Shown: positions 11,764 to 24,717, counted from the whole stretch's first letter. The stretch is DNA of 63,729 bases, filler included, from Aduncisulcus paluster (GCA_024181965.1; 5 parts of 5 records of this genome joined end to end with filler, not necessarily neighbours in it), one strand, 5' to 3'. Numbers and translations: made by a program. The notes: a model not told the origin generated them from the sequence alone.

Positions 11764-14700
11764 ATGAAACAAAATCCGTTTCAAGATTTTTCTATGTGGG
11801 ATATTTTTCATCTCCCCTTATTGAACGATTCTGAAGGTATTTTGAGAATCCCGTTGAATTATTTCATTTTACCGTTCTTGGTATTGGTATTGTCCTCCTT
11901 ATTATTTTTCGGCAACTCCAATCCCACCCTTTATGCCCATCATCCTTCTGAATTCCTTGGTTATACTGTTGACAGAAATTTTGGAGATGCCTTTGGACAT
12001 GTCTCGGATATTACTATCTCCATGAATTGCAGGGATTGTTTCATCTCGTCCTATTCCATGATGTTACCATCTTTCTCTCCTGACAGTTCGGGTCTGATCA
12101 TTTCATTGTCTGAGTCCACGAGTAGTAGTCTTTCACCTCACAATGCCCATCAATCCCTGTGTTCTTCTTCTTGTCGTCTTTGTTCTGCCTGTTCCTCTGC
12201 TTTTGCTCCTGGATATGTTATGGCAGGCCATCCGAACCGTTATAACCTTGCCCGTGAGATCGCCAATGATCTCACCCATAGCATCGACATTCTTTCTTGT
12301 CCCACCATGCCACTCTCAGAGGACCATTCTTTTTTGCATCCACATCCCCTTGGTCTTCTCCTCATTGCTGCTCTCTCCATCACTCTTCTTGTTGTTTCTA
12401 TTATTTCTACTATGCTTACTACTGGGAGTAGAATGAGCTCTATTCCTTCCATGCTCATATTCTTGGCTGTTCTGTGTGTTTCCTTCCAGTCTGTCCTTGG
12501 CTATGGTTTCTCTGAAGAATGTTCCATGTATCTCTCTGAAGACGATCACTTGGTCTGCAATGAGGTATATCCTGGTCGTTACGCAGCCGAGTGTGAGGAG
12601 GGTTATTATTATGACCAAGGAGATTATTCTTGTGTTTATGATTCCAATTCTGAATGTCCCAGTGATATGAATGATCATCAAATGTGTGTCAAAACGGCAG
12701 ATGGTGATCTTATTACATCTGATTGTCGATCTGCCTGGTATGGTGACGATTGTGACCAGTTGTATTCCGTGCATATCCCCGATAAGTTGTTCAGAGGTAA
12801 AGTATGTGATGCTATAAGCAATAATGATCCTGATATAACAGTTGATCCATTGTGTGATGTCTCAGAGTTTGAAATGGCTGGTATAAATTGGTCTTTTTAC
12901 TCAAATAGTTCCCATATTACGTCCTTTGAAGGTGCTCAGAATTTGATAAACACTTATTTTTTCTTTGGAGCAAATACAGATGTAACATCAGTTTATTCTT
13001 CATCTTTCCTTGAACAGATAACATACGTTTTTTTTCATCAGTATTCAGATACCTTTAATGTTAACATTTATGATATCAATTCTTTGTTCACTTTAAATAG
13101 ATTGTATCTATTTTATATTTACGGGAATGAACAAGTTTATGATATATCTTTCTCATTTAGAAATGCTGGATTGTATAGATTATTTATTGCGCATCCAAAT
13201 TATAATGCATATATACCTCTCTGTAGATCAGAAGATGATGCCGATTATTGGACTTTCATCACATCTGTGTTCCCAATTCATGATGAAAGCTCTTCATATA
13301 CTTCAAAATATTTCATCCCCAATAGCTGTCCTCTCAATATAACTGAATATAGCTGTGCTTCAACTTCTTCATTATGCCCTTCCATTGTTCTGAATGAGGT
13401 GTACAACAGTATCGATGGTGTGAATGAGAAACAATGTGCATTCATTGCCAAGGAAGGCTCTGCTGGCGAGTGTTACACTGTTCATGATGATGATATTCGT
13501 CAATACCTGAAAGATTATTGTCTTTCTGGGAATGACCCTGAAACGAATGGTATCATCAGTGCTGCCACAATGCGTAGTAAGTTGACATGTTCTTCGTTGT
13601 CGCTCTTTGAAGTTGTTTCCAGTTCTTCCTCATCCGTTTCTACTGTTGATGAGATCACGACTCTGCAAGGTCTTGAGTATGCCACTTCACTGACATCTCT
13701 CAACATTGATGGGTATGACTTGAGTGGAGATATCAATGAGAATGCCGAATATGATAAGTTAGTTGTTCAGATCTTAGCGAAGGCTGTTTTGGCATCAAGT
13801 TCATACGGATCGATAAATTCTGGTCTCACATCTCTCTCTGCGAGTGGGTGTGGATTGAGTGCTGTCAGTGATGTTCTTGATCTGACTCCTATTGTCAATG
13901 AAGACTCAGCCACCCAACCCTTCAAACTCACTTCACTTGATCTCTCCAACAACAACATCTCTGATGTGTCTGTTCTCATCACATCTTCCATGTTCTCTGA
14001 TGGAGTTCTCACAACCCTTGACATCAGTGGCAATAACATCTGTGATATCGAAGAAGGAATGGTGAGTGCTCTAGAATCCAACTTCACAACCCTATCATCT
14101 ATAACATATTCTGACCAAACATGCAATTGTTCTGCATCTGTGTCTTCTTCATCCTACCAAGTGTGTCGTGAAGTGTATCCCAATCAATGGGCTGTTGAGT
14201 GTTGGAATGGGTACTATCTCGACAAAGCCAGTGGAGATTGTGTTGCTGCATGTGATAGTGGCTATGAACTTGATACGTCCACAACCCCGTATTCATGTGT
14301 ATCTGTGAGTACCTCTGTTGATGATGCCATTCGTGTCCAAGTATGTGAAGGCCATTCCAATATGATGCCTGTTCTTGAGGAAGGAGCTTCATCCATAACA
14401 TGTGGTTGTCGATCTGGTTTACATGGAGATTCATGTGAATATGTTGACATTCCCGATTCCAACCTTCGAAGTGCCGTGTGTCTGGCTGTTGTTAATCCAA
14501 GTGCTCACGATTCCTCCTGTGATGATCTGACTATTTCAGACATGGCAACCGTGACCTCTGTGAGTGCTTCCATTGTGGACTCCTTTGAAGGTCTTCAATC
14601 TGCTGTGAACCTCACATCTTTGTCTATCTCTGGCACTTCGTCTAGTTCTGTGTCCATTGGGAATACTGATCTCGGATACCTTCCTTTGTCCCTCGTTGAG

Positions 14701-17700
14701 TTGTCTCTTGAGGCTGTCTATCTTGATGCTGATAGTGACTTCTCTTTTTTCACCGATCTTACAACACTCTCCTTGAAGAACAATTCCTCGTATGATTTGA
14801 CAAATTCTGCCATATTCCCATCCTCATCATCTTCTTCTTCATCTTTCACATCTCTTGATGTTAGTTACACTGCATTGTCCTCTTTCTCTTCCATTCCAAC
14901 CTCAATCACGACCTTGACTGCAAACAACTGTTCCTCACTGACGAGTTTCTCAACCATTTCCAATCTCACGAATCTTGTCTATCTTGATGCTGATAGTGAC
15001 TTCTCTTTTTTCACCGATCTTACAACACTCTCCTTGAAGAACAATTCCTCGTATGATTTGACAAATTCTGCCATATTCCCATCCTCATCATCTTCTTCTT
15101 CATCTTTCACATCTCTTGATGTTAGTTACACTGCATTGTCCTCTTTCTCTTCCATTCCAACCTCAATCACGACCTTGACTGCAAACAACTGTTCCTCACT
15201 GACGAGTTTCTCAACCATTTCCAATCTCACGAATCTTGTCTCTCTTGATGTAAGTTATGCCTCAAGCATCCCGACTTCATCCTCTCTCAGTGCCTTTGCT
15301 TCACTTTCACTTCTCACCTCTCTCAACCTCTCATCAACAGGGATATCCGATCCTTCCCCATTGTATGCTTTGTCCAGCAATAGTTCTTGGATCAGTCTTG
15401 ATTTGTCCAATAATTATATCTGTGGTGGTGATGATGGTGATAGTGCAATTGAGACTTTCCTTGCATCTAAGTTTTCTCCTGCAACAGTTAGTGCTTCTGG
15501 GCAAGACTGCATATGTTCCTCTGATGATCTAGGAACGACTCCACTCGATGCCAACAAGGTCTGCAGTGAGACCAAACCTGGGTCTGGTGCATGGTATGTT
15601 GTGTGTGCCAGTGATTCATACACGTCATACACATCAGCTGAGGACTTTTCATGCACTCAGCCAGATTCATCCACCACGAACTGTTCTGGAGGGTGTGAGT
15701 ATGGATATGAGTGCAGATATCTTGGCGATGAAGAGATTGATGATGTTTCTTATTCTACTGGAGAGTGTCAGCAAGTGATTGTTGATGAGAACTTGCATTA
15801 TGCTGTCTATGATCTGTTTGGAGGTGTTGACACCCATTGTAACTTGTCTGACCAAACCTTCAGTGTTGCTTCGTTGAAGACTCTTGTATCAGAAGAAACT
15901 GACACAGAATATGTTTATACCATTGACTTATACTATGCTGACACAGCAAATCCTATTTCAGATCTCGCTGGCGTTGAACATCTTGTGAGTATTAAGTACA
16001 TTAGTTTTATCGGTAGTGTTTTTTCCTCTGATATTGCTCACCTTGAACTTTTATCAAATTTGACAAATTTGGTAATCTTAAGTTTCTTTAATAATTTGAG
16101 TTTAACTTCCTTGCCTGATCTGTCTGGGCTGGACTCTCTTGAAATTTTAGTATTAACTTCTACATCCATTTCACTTCCCTCATCTGAATATGTTCTCCCA
16201 ACAGCCATCAAAATGCTCTTTTTACAGACGACGAATACAGATACAGATGGTTTTGCCAAGAATGTTGGAAATGATCACTTGCCTCATCTTGAACGTCTCT
16301 CGTTGGGTGGCAATGATTATATCACATCCATTGATTCTTTATCACAAGATCAGCGAGAAAATATTAGTTCCTTTATCGTCGTTAATACAACATTAGGCGA
16401 TGAATATAATGATGTTATTGTTGATATGATTAATTTAGAACTGCTTAAGTTAGTGAATTGTTCCTTGACCACAATTCCAGATCTTACGAATAGTGCGAGT
16501 TCATTGGTGAAGCTTAGCTTGAAAACGAATCCACTGATTGCTTCGTTTTCTCCTTTGGCATCCTCTGGTCTTGTCAGTCTCACGACTCTCAATGTGTCTG
16601 GCTGCAACATCTGTGATCCATCTCCGTTGTATGCTTTATCCAGCAACACTTCTTGGAGCAGCATTGACCTATCGTACAATAATATCTGTGGTGATCAAAC
16701 TACAAATGAGTCCTTCCTCGAGAGTAAGTTTTCTCCTGCAGATGTGGATGTTTCTAACCAAAGTTGTGTGTGTTCCTCTGATGACCTCGGAACGACTCCA
16801 CTTGCTTCCAACAAGGTCTGTAGTGAAACCAAGCCTGGATCTAACACATGGTATGTTGTGTGTGCCAGTGATTCATACACTACATACACATCTGCTGAGG
16901 ACTTTACATGCACTCAACCAACCTCTTCGAGTACGAACTGTTCTGGAGGGTGTGAGTATGGATACGAGTGTAGATATCTTGGTATTGTTAGAGATGTTTC
17001 CATAAGTTATTCAACCGGAGAGTGTCAGCAAGTCATTGTTGATGAGAACTTGCATGATTATGTAGCTGATTTATTTAATGATTATGATGGAACTGCAAAC
17101 TATATCCATCGAACAGCCGACACTCCTTCCCTTTTCAGTGTTGCTTCTCTAAAAACTCTGGTTTCTGTGTCTATGGACTCTCAATATTATCCTCAGATTC
17201 AATATAATGATCCATCTCTTCCTATCGATGATTTATCAGGTATTGAGCACCTTGGTGGGATTAAATGGATTACTTTCTTCGGTGTTTTTTCTGCTGATTC
17301 GGATGATATTCATCTTGATTTATTATCAACTCTCACGAATTTAGTATTATTAAATTTAAGTAAGAATTCAAGTCTTTCTTATTTGCCCACCCTCACTTCA
17401 TTAACATCTTTGGAGGTTTTGGCAATTCAGAAAACCTCAATAATTCTTCCTTCTGAGGAATATATCCTCCCTACATCACTCAAAAGCTTTTATTGTGCCC
17501 TTTCAAATGTGAATAACGAGGGGTTCGCTAAGAATGTCGGCAATGGATATCTTACTGATATTGAACAACTTGCTATTGGAGGAGACAACAATTTACTCAC
17601 ATCAATTGATTCATTGACAACAAGTCAAAAGGAAAATATGAAATATTTTATGTGGAGAATTTCTCCAATCGATACATTTGAGAATTATCCTGACATTCTT

Positions 17701-20208
17701 GCTGAAATGCCAAATCTAGAAACCCTTTCATTGGTCGATTGTAATTTACAAACAATTCCAGACCTCTCAATTCAAGCAGAAACTTTGACAATTCTTAATA
17801 TCAACTTAAATCCTCTCCTTGCATCCCTTACTCCTATTGTCTCTTCTGGTCTTACAAATTTAACCTATCTCTATGCAAGGGGATGTGCCATTTCTGATCC
17901 TTCCCCATTGTTTGCTTTGTCCAGTAACACTTGGAGTTATTTTTTCTTGTCCAATAATTATATCTGTGGAGATGATGTCCAGACAATTCTTGAGGATATC
18001 TTTAGTTCTTCTCCTGATCTGTTCATAGATGTTTCCAATCAAACCTGCGGATGTTCAGACTCGGATCCCATTCCCAGTCTGTCTGATAACAAGGTGTGTG
18101 GTGAGACCAAGCCTGGATCTAACACATGGTATGTTGTGTGTGCCAGTGATTCATACACGTCATACACGTCTGCTGAGGACTTTACATGTATCCAACCAGA
18201 TTCATCCACCACGAACTGTTCTGGAGGCTGTGAGTATGGGCAAGAGTGCAGATATCTTGGCGATGAAGAGATTAGTGGTGTTTCTTATTCTAATGGAGAG
18301 TGTCAGCAAGTGATCGTTGATGAGAACTTGCATGCCTGTGTTGCTGATATGTTTGTTGATTCTGATGGAGATCCTGATTACTCTCACAGAACAGCTACCT
18401 CTCCTTCCCTTTTCAGTGTTGCTTCGTTAAAAACTCTTGTATCTGTTGATGACGGTTATGGTGTATATTCCCCAGTATTATCCTGTCCAAGTATGTGTAT
18501 AACTGATTTGACTGGAATTGAACACATCACTGAAATCGCTAGTTTTGACCTGAGTTTAAACAATTTGAATACGGATGTTTCCCCTGCCTGCCTCGATTCT
18601 TTGATGCATCTTTCTCACCTTCTGTCTCTTAATTTAGGTTCCAATTCCAACATCACGATCCTTCCCGATTTAACAGGCATGTCATCTCTGACTGTTCTTA
18701 GATTGAAGAGTAGTAATGCTGTGAACCTACCTTCGGAAACATCACAAGACCCATATCTACCCTCATCCTTGGAGGGACTTGTTCTTTATAATTGTTCCAA
18801 TTTTGACCAAGGTGCGTTTGATGCCCACATTGGGAGTGACCATCTTCCAAACCTCAAATATTTGAATCTATATTTAACGGCTGTTTCATCCCTTAGCACG
18901 CTGACACAAACACAACGTGATTCTATCACCACCCTTGTCATTTCAATTCCTGATTCTCAAAATGTTGTGCCAACGATGCATAATTTGGAAACACTCACCA
19001 TTACCAATACAACTATTACTTCCATTCCAGATCTTTCGAACAGTGCCGACAAACTCACATTCCTAAATATTTCCAAGACAAGTGTGTCATCTCTTGTTGA
19101 AGCTGGAACTCTGTCAAACCTTGAGACGATCAAATTTCTTGATTGTCATGTTTCAGATCTCTCTCCATTGTACCATTTGTCGTCCCTCACATCTGTTCAT
19201 GGAACTGGGAACAATATTTGTGTTGGTTCTGCAGAAACCATAGAAACGATCAAATTGAAGTTTGTCTCCCATGCCAGCCTTACGCTTGATCTTTGGACAA
19301 CCTTAAGTACTGACCAAACCTGTGAATGTTCCTCTACTGACCTTGGAACGACCCCTATCGCTGACAGTCTTATATGCAGTGAAACCAAGCCTTGGTCTAA
19401 CACTTGGTATGTTGTGTGTGCCAGTGATTCATACACGTCATACACATCTGCTGAGGACTTTTCATGTATTTCCCCAGCTAATGCTGATGGGACATTTGGA
19501 TGTTCTGGCGGGTGTGAGTATGGACAAGAGTGCAGATATGATTCAGATTCAACTTCAACATCGTGTCAGCAAGTGATCGTCGATGAGAACTTACATGCCT
19601 ATGTTGCTGATATGTTTGTGGATTCTGATGGAGATCCTGATTACACCCACAGAACAGCTACCTCTCCTTCCCTTTTCAGTGTTGCTTCCTTGAGAATCCT
19701 TTCTGCATCTACTTTGTCCAACAATGGTTTTGCTCTCTCCAACTCTGATAGGTTTTCCTTGCTTGATGGAATTGAATATATCCGCTCTCTTACATCCATT
19801 TCGTTGCCATATCACAACTTTGTGAGTGCTGATCCATTGGGTTCTCTGCATGGTCTTGAGTCCCTTTCCCTTGCCCATAACATGTATGGTGCTCCTGAGG
19901 ATGCTGGTGGGAATGCCATTGAAGGCTTTTCTGATCTGTCGTTCATCTGCTCCCTTCACTCACTCTCCACTCTGGCACTCTCTTCTGTCACTTCTGTGTC
20001 TGCTCTTCCCGACACTTCCGAGTGTGCTGATACATACACCTCCTTGAGCTCTCTCAATCTCGCCGAAACATCCATTATTGATGTTAGTGTTCTTCTTGTT
20101 GCTGCCGACTCTACCAATGTTTCGTTGACGGAGCTGATAATGAATGGTGTGTCGTTGTATGATGATGTTGCAGAAACAACTTCATTGTTTGATCCATCCA
20201 TTCTTGAG
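11764..20208 (+). CDS. Giant Cys-rich leucine-rich-repeat surface/secreted protein (>2800 aa), 3'-truncated
   Basis: Many LxxLxLSxNxIxD repeats (e.g. LTSLDLSNNNISDVS) alternate with EGF-like/Cys-rich modules; N-terminal hydrophobic segments include signal-like MLIFLAVLCVSFQSVLG. Confidence 0.9.
14716..15237 (+). repeat. Perfect in-frame 261-bp (87 aa) tandem duplication inside the LRR gene
   Basis: 14716-14976 = 14977-15237 (VYLDADSDFS...ISNLTNL twice). Confidence 0.92.
15514..19690 (+). repeat. Four-copy ~1.27-kb super-repeat (conserved Cys cassette + variable LRR block)
   Basis: WYVVCASDSY starts at 15592, 16849, 18127 and 19405 (spacings 1257, 1278, 1278 nt). Confidence 0.92.
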
Positions 20209-20308
20209 NNNNNNNNNNNNNNNNNNNNNNNNNNNNNNNNNNNNNNNNNNNNTTAATTAATTAANNNNNNNNNNNNNNNNNNNNNNNNNNNNNNNNNNNN
20301 NNNNNNNN
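20209..20308. other. Artificial contig linker
   Basis: N44-TTAATTAATTAA-N44. Confidence 0.98.
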
Positions 20309-20310
20309 GG

Positions 20311-23300
20311 GAAATTGAAGAAAAGAAAAGAACAAAAGTCGAAGAGAAGAAGAAACTGATATCGAAAAAGAAAAGTATTTGTGAAATTGAAGAAGAGGAA
20401 GAATTGAAGAAAGAAGATGAAATGGGAGAAATTCCAAAATCTTTCCCCAAATCTCCACTCACTGGGTCTCCAGCCCCTCCATCAATAATAACTCAGCCTC
20501 GTTGTTCTTCCTTCCCCTCTGTCCTTGCTTCTCTTCAACAGAGACTCCAATGCCCTGAACATATCCTTGCCGGACTCTCATTGCCTGTTTATCCCTGTCT
20601 TTCTGGCGTTGTTCATAGTGCGGAAGAGGACCTCAGAGAGTATTGTGTCATGGTTGTTGGAGATATGGAGGTTGAAAGTTGGGCCCACAAAGATGTCGTT
20701 GCAAAGAGAAATGGAGTCAATGGTGCATTCTATCCCGTGAAAATTGATAGAATAAGAGGTCAGTGTGGATTACATTCTGTTGTGAAATCGAAGGAAAAGG
20801 AGAAACCAAAAGATTCTGGGAAGAGTCTTGAAATGGGTAAAGAAAGTTTTGGAGGTCTCAAAACTAATTCAAAGAAAGAGATTGGCACTGTACGAAAGAA
20901 TATTTCTTTGTCACCTTTCCACTTCTCATATTTTTCAACCTATTGTTTCTTCCTTGCACACGTGATTCACTCTTCCCTTGATCAGAGCGTTAAGCATGCA
21001 AACTTCACTCTTTCAAATTATGACAATACTTTCTTATCCATTCCAACATCTTTCTTTACGCCAAGATTCAAGGAGGATGCACACACTCTGTCGAAAGAAA
21101 TGGTTCACATCTCTCATGATAGTGCAAGACATCTCAAGCTGACAATGAGTTCCTTTATGTTTCAGTCAACAAACCTTAGTGAGGAGATTAGTAGCATCGT
21201 TGATTACTCTTCTGAATCAATATCCTCACAATCATCAGGTGAGTGTGATCACTGTGACCTTTTCTTCTTGACAACATTCCTCGCCAATTGGGGTGGAGAT
21301 GTGTTGATCGAGAGTGCCGTGACACAGAGCAAGATTGTTTCTTCGGCATCTTTATTGTCACATTCATCAATCTTGGCATCTCCTTTGATGGCTTCTACAA
21401 TCAGAATTATAAATTATCGTGAAAGAAAAAGGAAAGAGGATGAACTTCGAAGAAAGATCAACACAAAACTGAACGGGATTTTTGGAAAAGGAGATGTTGT
21501 TGAGAGCGATGATGATGTATTGGTTCCCCATATTGAGATATCTGATAATGATGCACAAAATGAGTATGATTCTCAGATTCCAAAGGCCTCTAATTCTCCA
21601 TATTCTACCTCTCTTGTGAGCACTCATTTGCACTCAATTCGCCAATCCTCAGAATATGTCTCAAGAGCATGTGATACCTTGATGGGAGTTGGAGCGGATG
21701 TCATGAATAAGCTTGTATTCTCAATTACTTCCAATAGACTAAGTGAATTCTCTCATGAGCGCATTGCTCACTCTCTGAAGGACATTGCACTTTATCTGGC
21801 TAAGGGTCAAGGATTCCACACCTACTCCAATTCTCCTTTCAATCTTGAATCTTCCCAACGTTCAATTATTCATCGAAGAGATAAATACTTGAGTACTTCA
21901 TTCCTCTCTCCAGTTTTCTCACATATGGCAGAGCCAACTAGGAGACATGTCGGATTATACTATCAACAACTTCCTTTGTTCATCCTAACTCTCTTATTGT
22001 CTGCCGCAAGTACCAACACAAGCCATCGTGATTCAAAACTAACCCTAGAGCGTGTAAAACACTTCCAAACACATGGAAATGATGCTTATTGTGCGAGTCT
22101 TGTTCTGACAGTTCTTTGTCGATTGTGTAAGGCTCTCACAAAAGATAAGGATACCCTTCAAACACTCGTATTTACTGCGAAGCAATTAGCAAGAAAGAAG
22201 TTTGATGATGTTGAATATGAGCAAGTTGTCCGTCAAGGTGTTGGACCTAATGGAGAGTATACTGGTTTGTACACTCACGTGTGTAGTGATGATTATAAGA
22301 CCAAAGGAGTCAATTTATTAACTTATAATAATGCTCTCTCACTCATTAAACACACAAATGGAACATCTTGGAGAGAATTCCACTCTATGGCAAGCTCCTC
22401 TCCTAATTTCGGAAAGGATAAGATTTCGAACAACATTAACTCAATGCCTATTGAAATACCTTCCTTGCTCGTTTCCGATGATATTTTGATTAGTTCAAAT
22501 CAGTGCGACACTGAAGCACAAATGTATGATATTTTAAACAAGTTCAATAACAAATATAAGGCTAAACCTATCCTTGGTGGAGCTTTCCATTCTGTTATTG
22601 ATGTTATTTCTTTCTTTTCTTCGATATCCCAGATGTGGACAGTCTTGTTACCTTTCTTGGGAATGAATCCAGAATTATTTGGAAGTGTTGATGAAGGTTC
22701 TAAAAAAGATGAAAGTCATAAAGTTGGAGAGATGATGAAAACTGCATCCAACTCTGTGATTAATGGACTTGTATTGCTGTTAATCAAGACCTACGTATCA
22801 TTATCCACAGTTTCTCAAAATTATGGAAAACTCCTTGAATCCCGTCAAAAAGAGAATATTCGTCGTCAACAGCAGAAATATGTGTATCCTTCCTTGAGTC
22901 AGGACTCTCCAGCGGTATCAACTCCTGGATTATCGCCCATGTCCGGTGCTTCCCCCATTTCTCCTGGTTCTCCCCAGTCATCTGCCATGGATCCAGGATC
23001 ATCCACTCCCTTAACTCTCCTTCAGGATATTCTGGCTCATCAAACTATGCTCCGTGTTGGAAGATCTGTGTATGAACTTATCCTCAGGATATGTAAACAT
23101 TCTCCCATGAGTCTTATTACTATCCTTGAAACACTCATTCTTCAGACAAGGAGTAGTTCAAGGCATTATATCGGTGGATTTAAACCCTCATCTGCCTCCT
23201 CTCTTGCTCATTCTTCCTCCCAATCTGAGGTCAAGACTGTTAATCCTAGTGCCAATACACCCAGTGGAAGTATGCTCAAAAAAGAATTTACTGCAATTTC

Positions 23301-24717
23301 TCCATCTTCTGAACATGAAAAAGAAGCTCATAGTCATGTTACCTCTGATTTTGGTTTTTCAGAGGCCTCAGCTCCCGGTTCAGTATCTTCCCCCGCCCAC
23401 TCCAAGAAAGTATTTCCACCCCAACGATCTCAGCGTCGTCTTGGTGCTAGACGTACAGAAGCGACGCCTAATAGAATTCCCAATAATTCCGAACATCCCA
23501 TTTTCAAAGAATCGAAGAGTGTCCAAGCATTCTTCACTTCCAATAGCTGTACATATCTTCGAGTTTGTCTGAATGTGATCAGTTCTCTTCTGTCTGCGAG
23601 TGAAGCCGCAGGAAAACATCTTCTTCAACCCGGTTTCCTTGATATTTCTCCAAGATTCCCTTCGATAGCGTCAAGGTATGAATTTGTTGCCAATATCACT
23701 AGGCTTAGTGTTGACTTGTTGTCTGTCCAATATCCTGTTCTCAGACGTGCTATCAAATTTGATGTCACTTCCCTCATTCAAATCCTTGTTTCGACATTTG
23801 ATTGCGTCGATTTCACCGTTAGACATCAACTTTTGGTGGCACCATGGCCTAAAAAGCGTAAAACCGATAAAGAGTTTGCAGCCTTACAGGAGATGAAAAT
23901 CCCCCATCTCGTTGTCCATCTTGACTCGGAGCAAAAGGGAAGAGCCATGTTGATTCCCCACAAGAAAAAGAGAGGGAGTCAGGGAATTGACAAAGGTTTT
24001 GCCACATTAACTGATGCCATTCATCAACAGAGTGAGACAAATCTGAAGAAAATCAAGAGCAGATCTTCATCAATGTCTGGATCCCCAATTTCATCCCAGC
24101 CATTATCTTTCTCAAACACTCCAAGTACTGTCGCCACAGATTCTCCAATTCCTTCCATTGTGATTGCAGCGGCTGCCACAGCCCTGTCAACATCTTCTCA
24201 GTGGAATTTGCAACTTGATATTGTTCGTGGGAGACAAAAGAATTTATTTGACCGTCACAATCCATCAACATCTCCATTTATTTCATCTTTGCCCATGACA
24301 TGTGGTGTATGCCCCAAATTTAGTGGGAGATATGTTGTTTTTGACCTTCGAAGAGGTGTTGAGGCCAGAATCGTTGATATGGGTTCCTCAGCTCCAACTT
24401 TGATATCGTTCTCTCTTGATGGAACCAAACTTTATTCCCTTACCCCTGGACGAACTGTTGATGATACTTGGACGTTGAAAGAGTTTCAAGTTCACGAAAA
24501 GAGCGCATTCATAAGCTTCTTTAAGATAAAATCCACAGCTAAGCGGACTTCAAAGGTGAGTTCAAAATTACTCAAGCAGCTTCATGAGTGCATCAGTCAT
24601 GTCGAAGCTTGGAACAGGTCGTTTATGAGATGTGAGGGCTCTAAATTGGTAATTCGGTACTATAACTTTAGAAGAAGAAATTATGAAGAAAAGAAGATTG
24701 CTTTGCCTGAGCAGTAA
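20311..24717 (+). CDS. Large protein, 5'-truncated; C-terminus resembles WDR7/Rabconnectin-3beta (helical solenoid then terminal WD blades)
   Basis: Frame open from the contig edge to TAA 24717. YPVLRR...LIQILVSTFDCVDF...QLLV followed by YVVFDLRRG...LISFSLDGTKLYS recalls the WDR7 C-terminus; family call made by eye. Confidence 0.5.
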   Translation, partial: EIEEKKRTKVEEKKKLISKKKSICEIEEEEELKKEDEMGEIPKSFPKSPLTGSPAPPSIITQPRCSSFPSVLASLQQRLQCPEHILAGLSLPVYPCLSGVVHSAEEDLREYCVMVVGDMEVESWAHKDVVAKRNGVNGAFYPVKIDRIRGQCGLHSVVKSKEKEKPKDSGKSLEMGKESFGGLKTNSKKEIGTVRKNISLSPFHFSYFSTYCFFLAHVIHSSLDQSVKHANFTLSNYDNTFLSIPTSFFTPRFKEDAHTLSKEMVHISHDSARHLKLTMSSFMFQSTNLSEEISSIVDYSSESISSQSSGECDHCDLFFLTTFLANWGGDVLIESAVTQSKIVSSASLLSHSSILASPLMASTIRIINYRERKRKEDELRRKINTKLNGIFGKGDVVESDDDVLVPHIEISDNDAQNEYDSQIPKASNSPYSTSLVSTHLHSIRQSSEYVSRACDTLMGVGADVMNKLVFSITSNRLSEFSHERIAHSLKDIALYLAKGQGFHTYSNSPFNLESSQRSIIHRRDKYLSTSFLSPVFSHMAEPTRRHVGLYYQQLPLFILTLLLSAASTNTSHRDSKLTLERVKHFQTHGNDAYCASLVLTVLCRLCKALTKDKDTLQTLVFTAKQLARKKFDDVEYEQVVRQGVGPNGEYTGLYTHVCSDDYKTKGVNLLTYNNALSLIKHTNGTSWREFHSMASSSPNFGKDKISNNINSMPIEIPSLLVSDDILISSNQCDTEAQMYDILNKFNNKYKAKPILGGAFHSVIDVISFFSSISQMWTVLLPFLGMNPELFGSVDEGSKKDESHKVGEMMKTASNSVINGLVLLLIKTYVSLSTVSQNYGKLLESRQKENIRRQQQKYVYPSLSQDSPAVSTPGLSPMSGASPISPGSPQSSAMDPGSSTPLTLLQDILAHQTMLRVGRSVYELILRICKHSPMSLITILETLILQTRSSSRHYIGGFKPSSASSLAHSSSQSEVKTVNPSANTPSGSMLKKEFTAISPSSEHEKEAHSHVTSDFGFSEASAPGSVSSPAHSKKVFPPQRSQRRLGARRTEATPNRIPNNSEHPIFKESKSVQAFFTSNSCTYLRVCLNVISSLLSASEAAGKHLLQPGFLDISPRFPSIASRYEFVANITRLSVDLLSVQYPVLRRAIKFDVTSLIQILVSTFDCVDFTVRHQLLVAPWPKKRKTDKEFAALQEMKIPHLVVHLDSEQKGRAMLIPHKKKRGSQGIDKGFATLTDAIHQQSETNLKKIKSRSSSMSGSPISSQPLSFSNTPSTVATDSPIPSIVIAAAATALSTSSQWNLQLDIVRGRQKNLFDRHNPSTSPFISSLPMTCGVCPKFSGRYVVFDLRRGVEARIVDMGSSAPTLISFSLDGTKLYSLTPGRTVDDTWTLKEFQVHEKSAFISFFKIKSTAKRTSKVSSKLLKQLHECISHVEAWNRSFMRCEGSKLVIRYYNFRRRNYEEKKIALPEQ

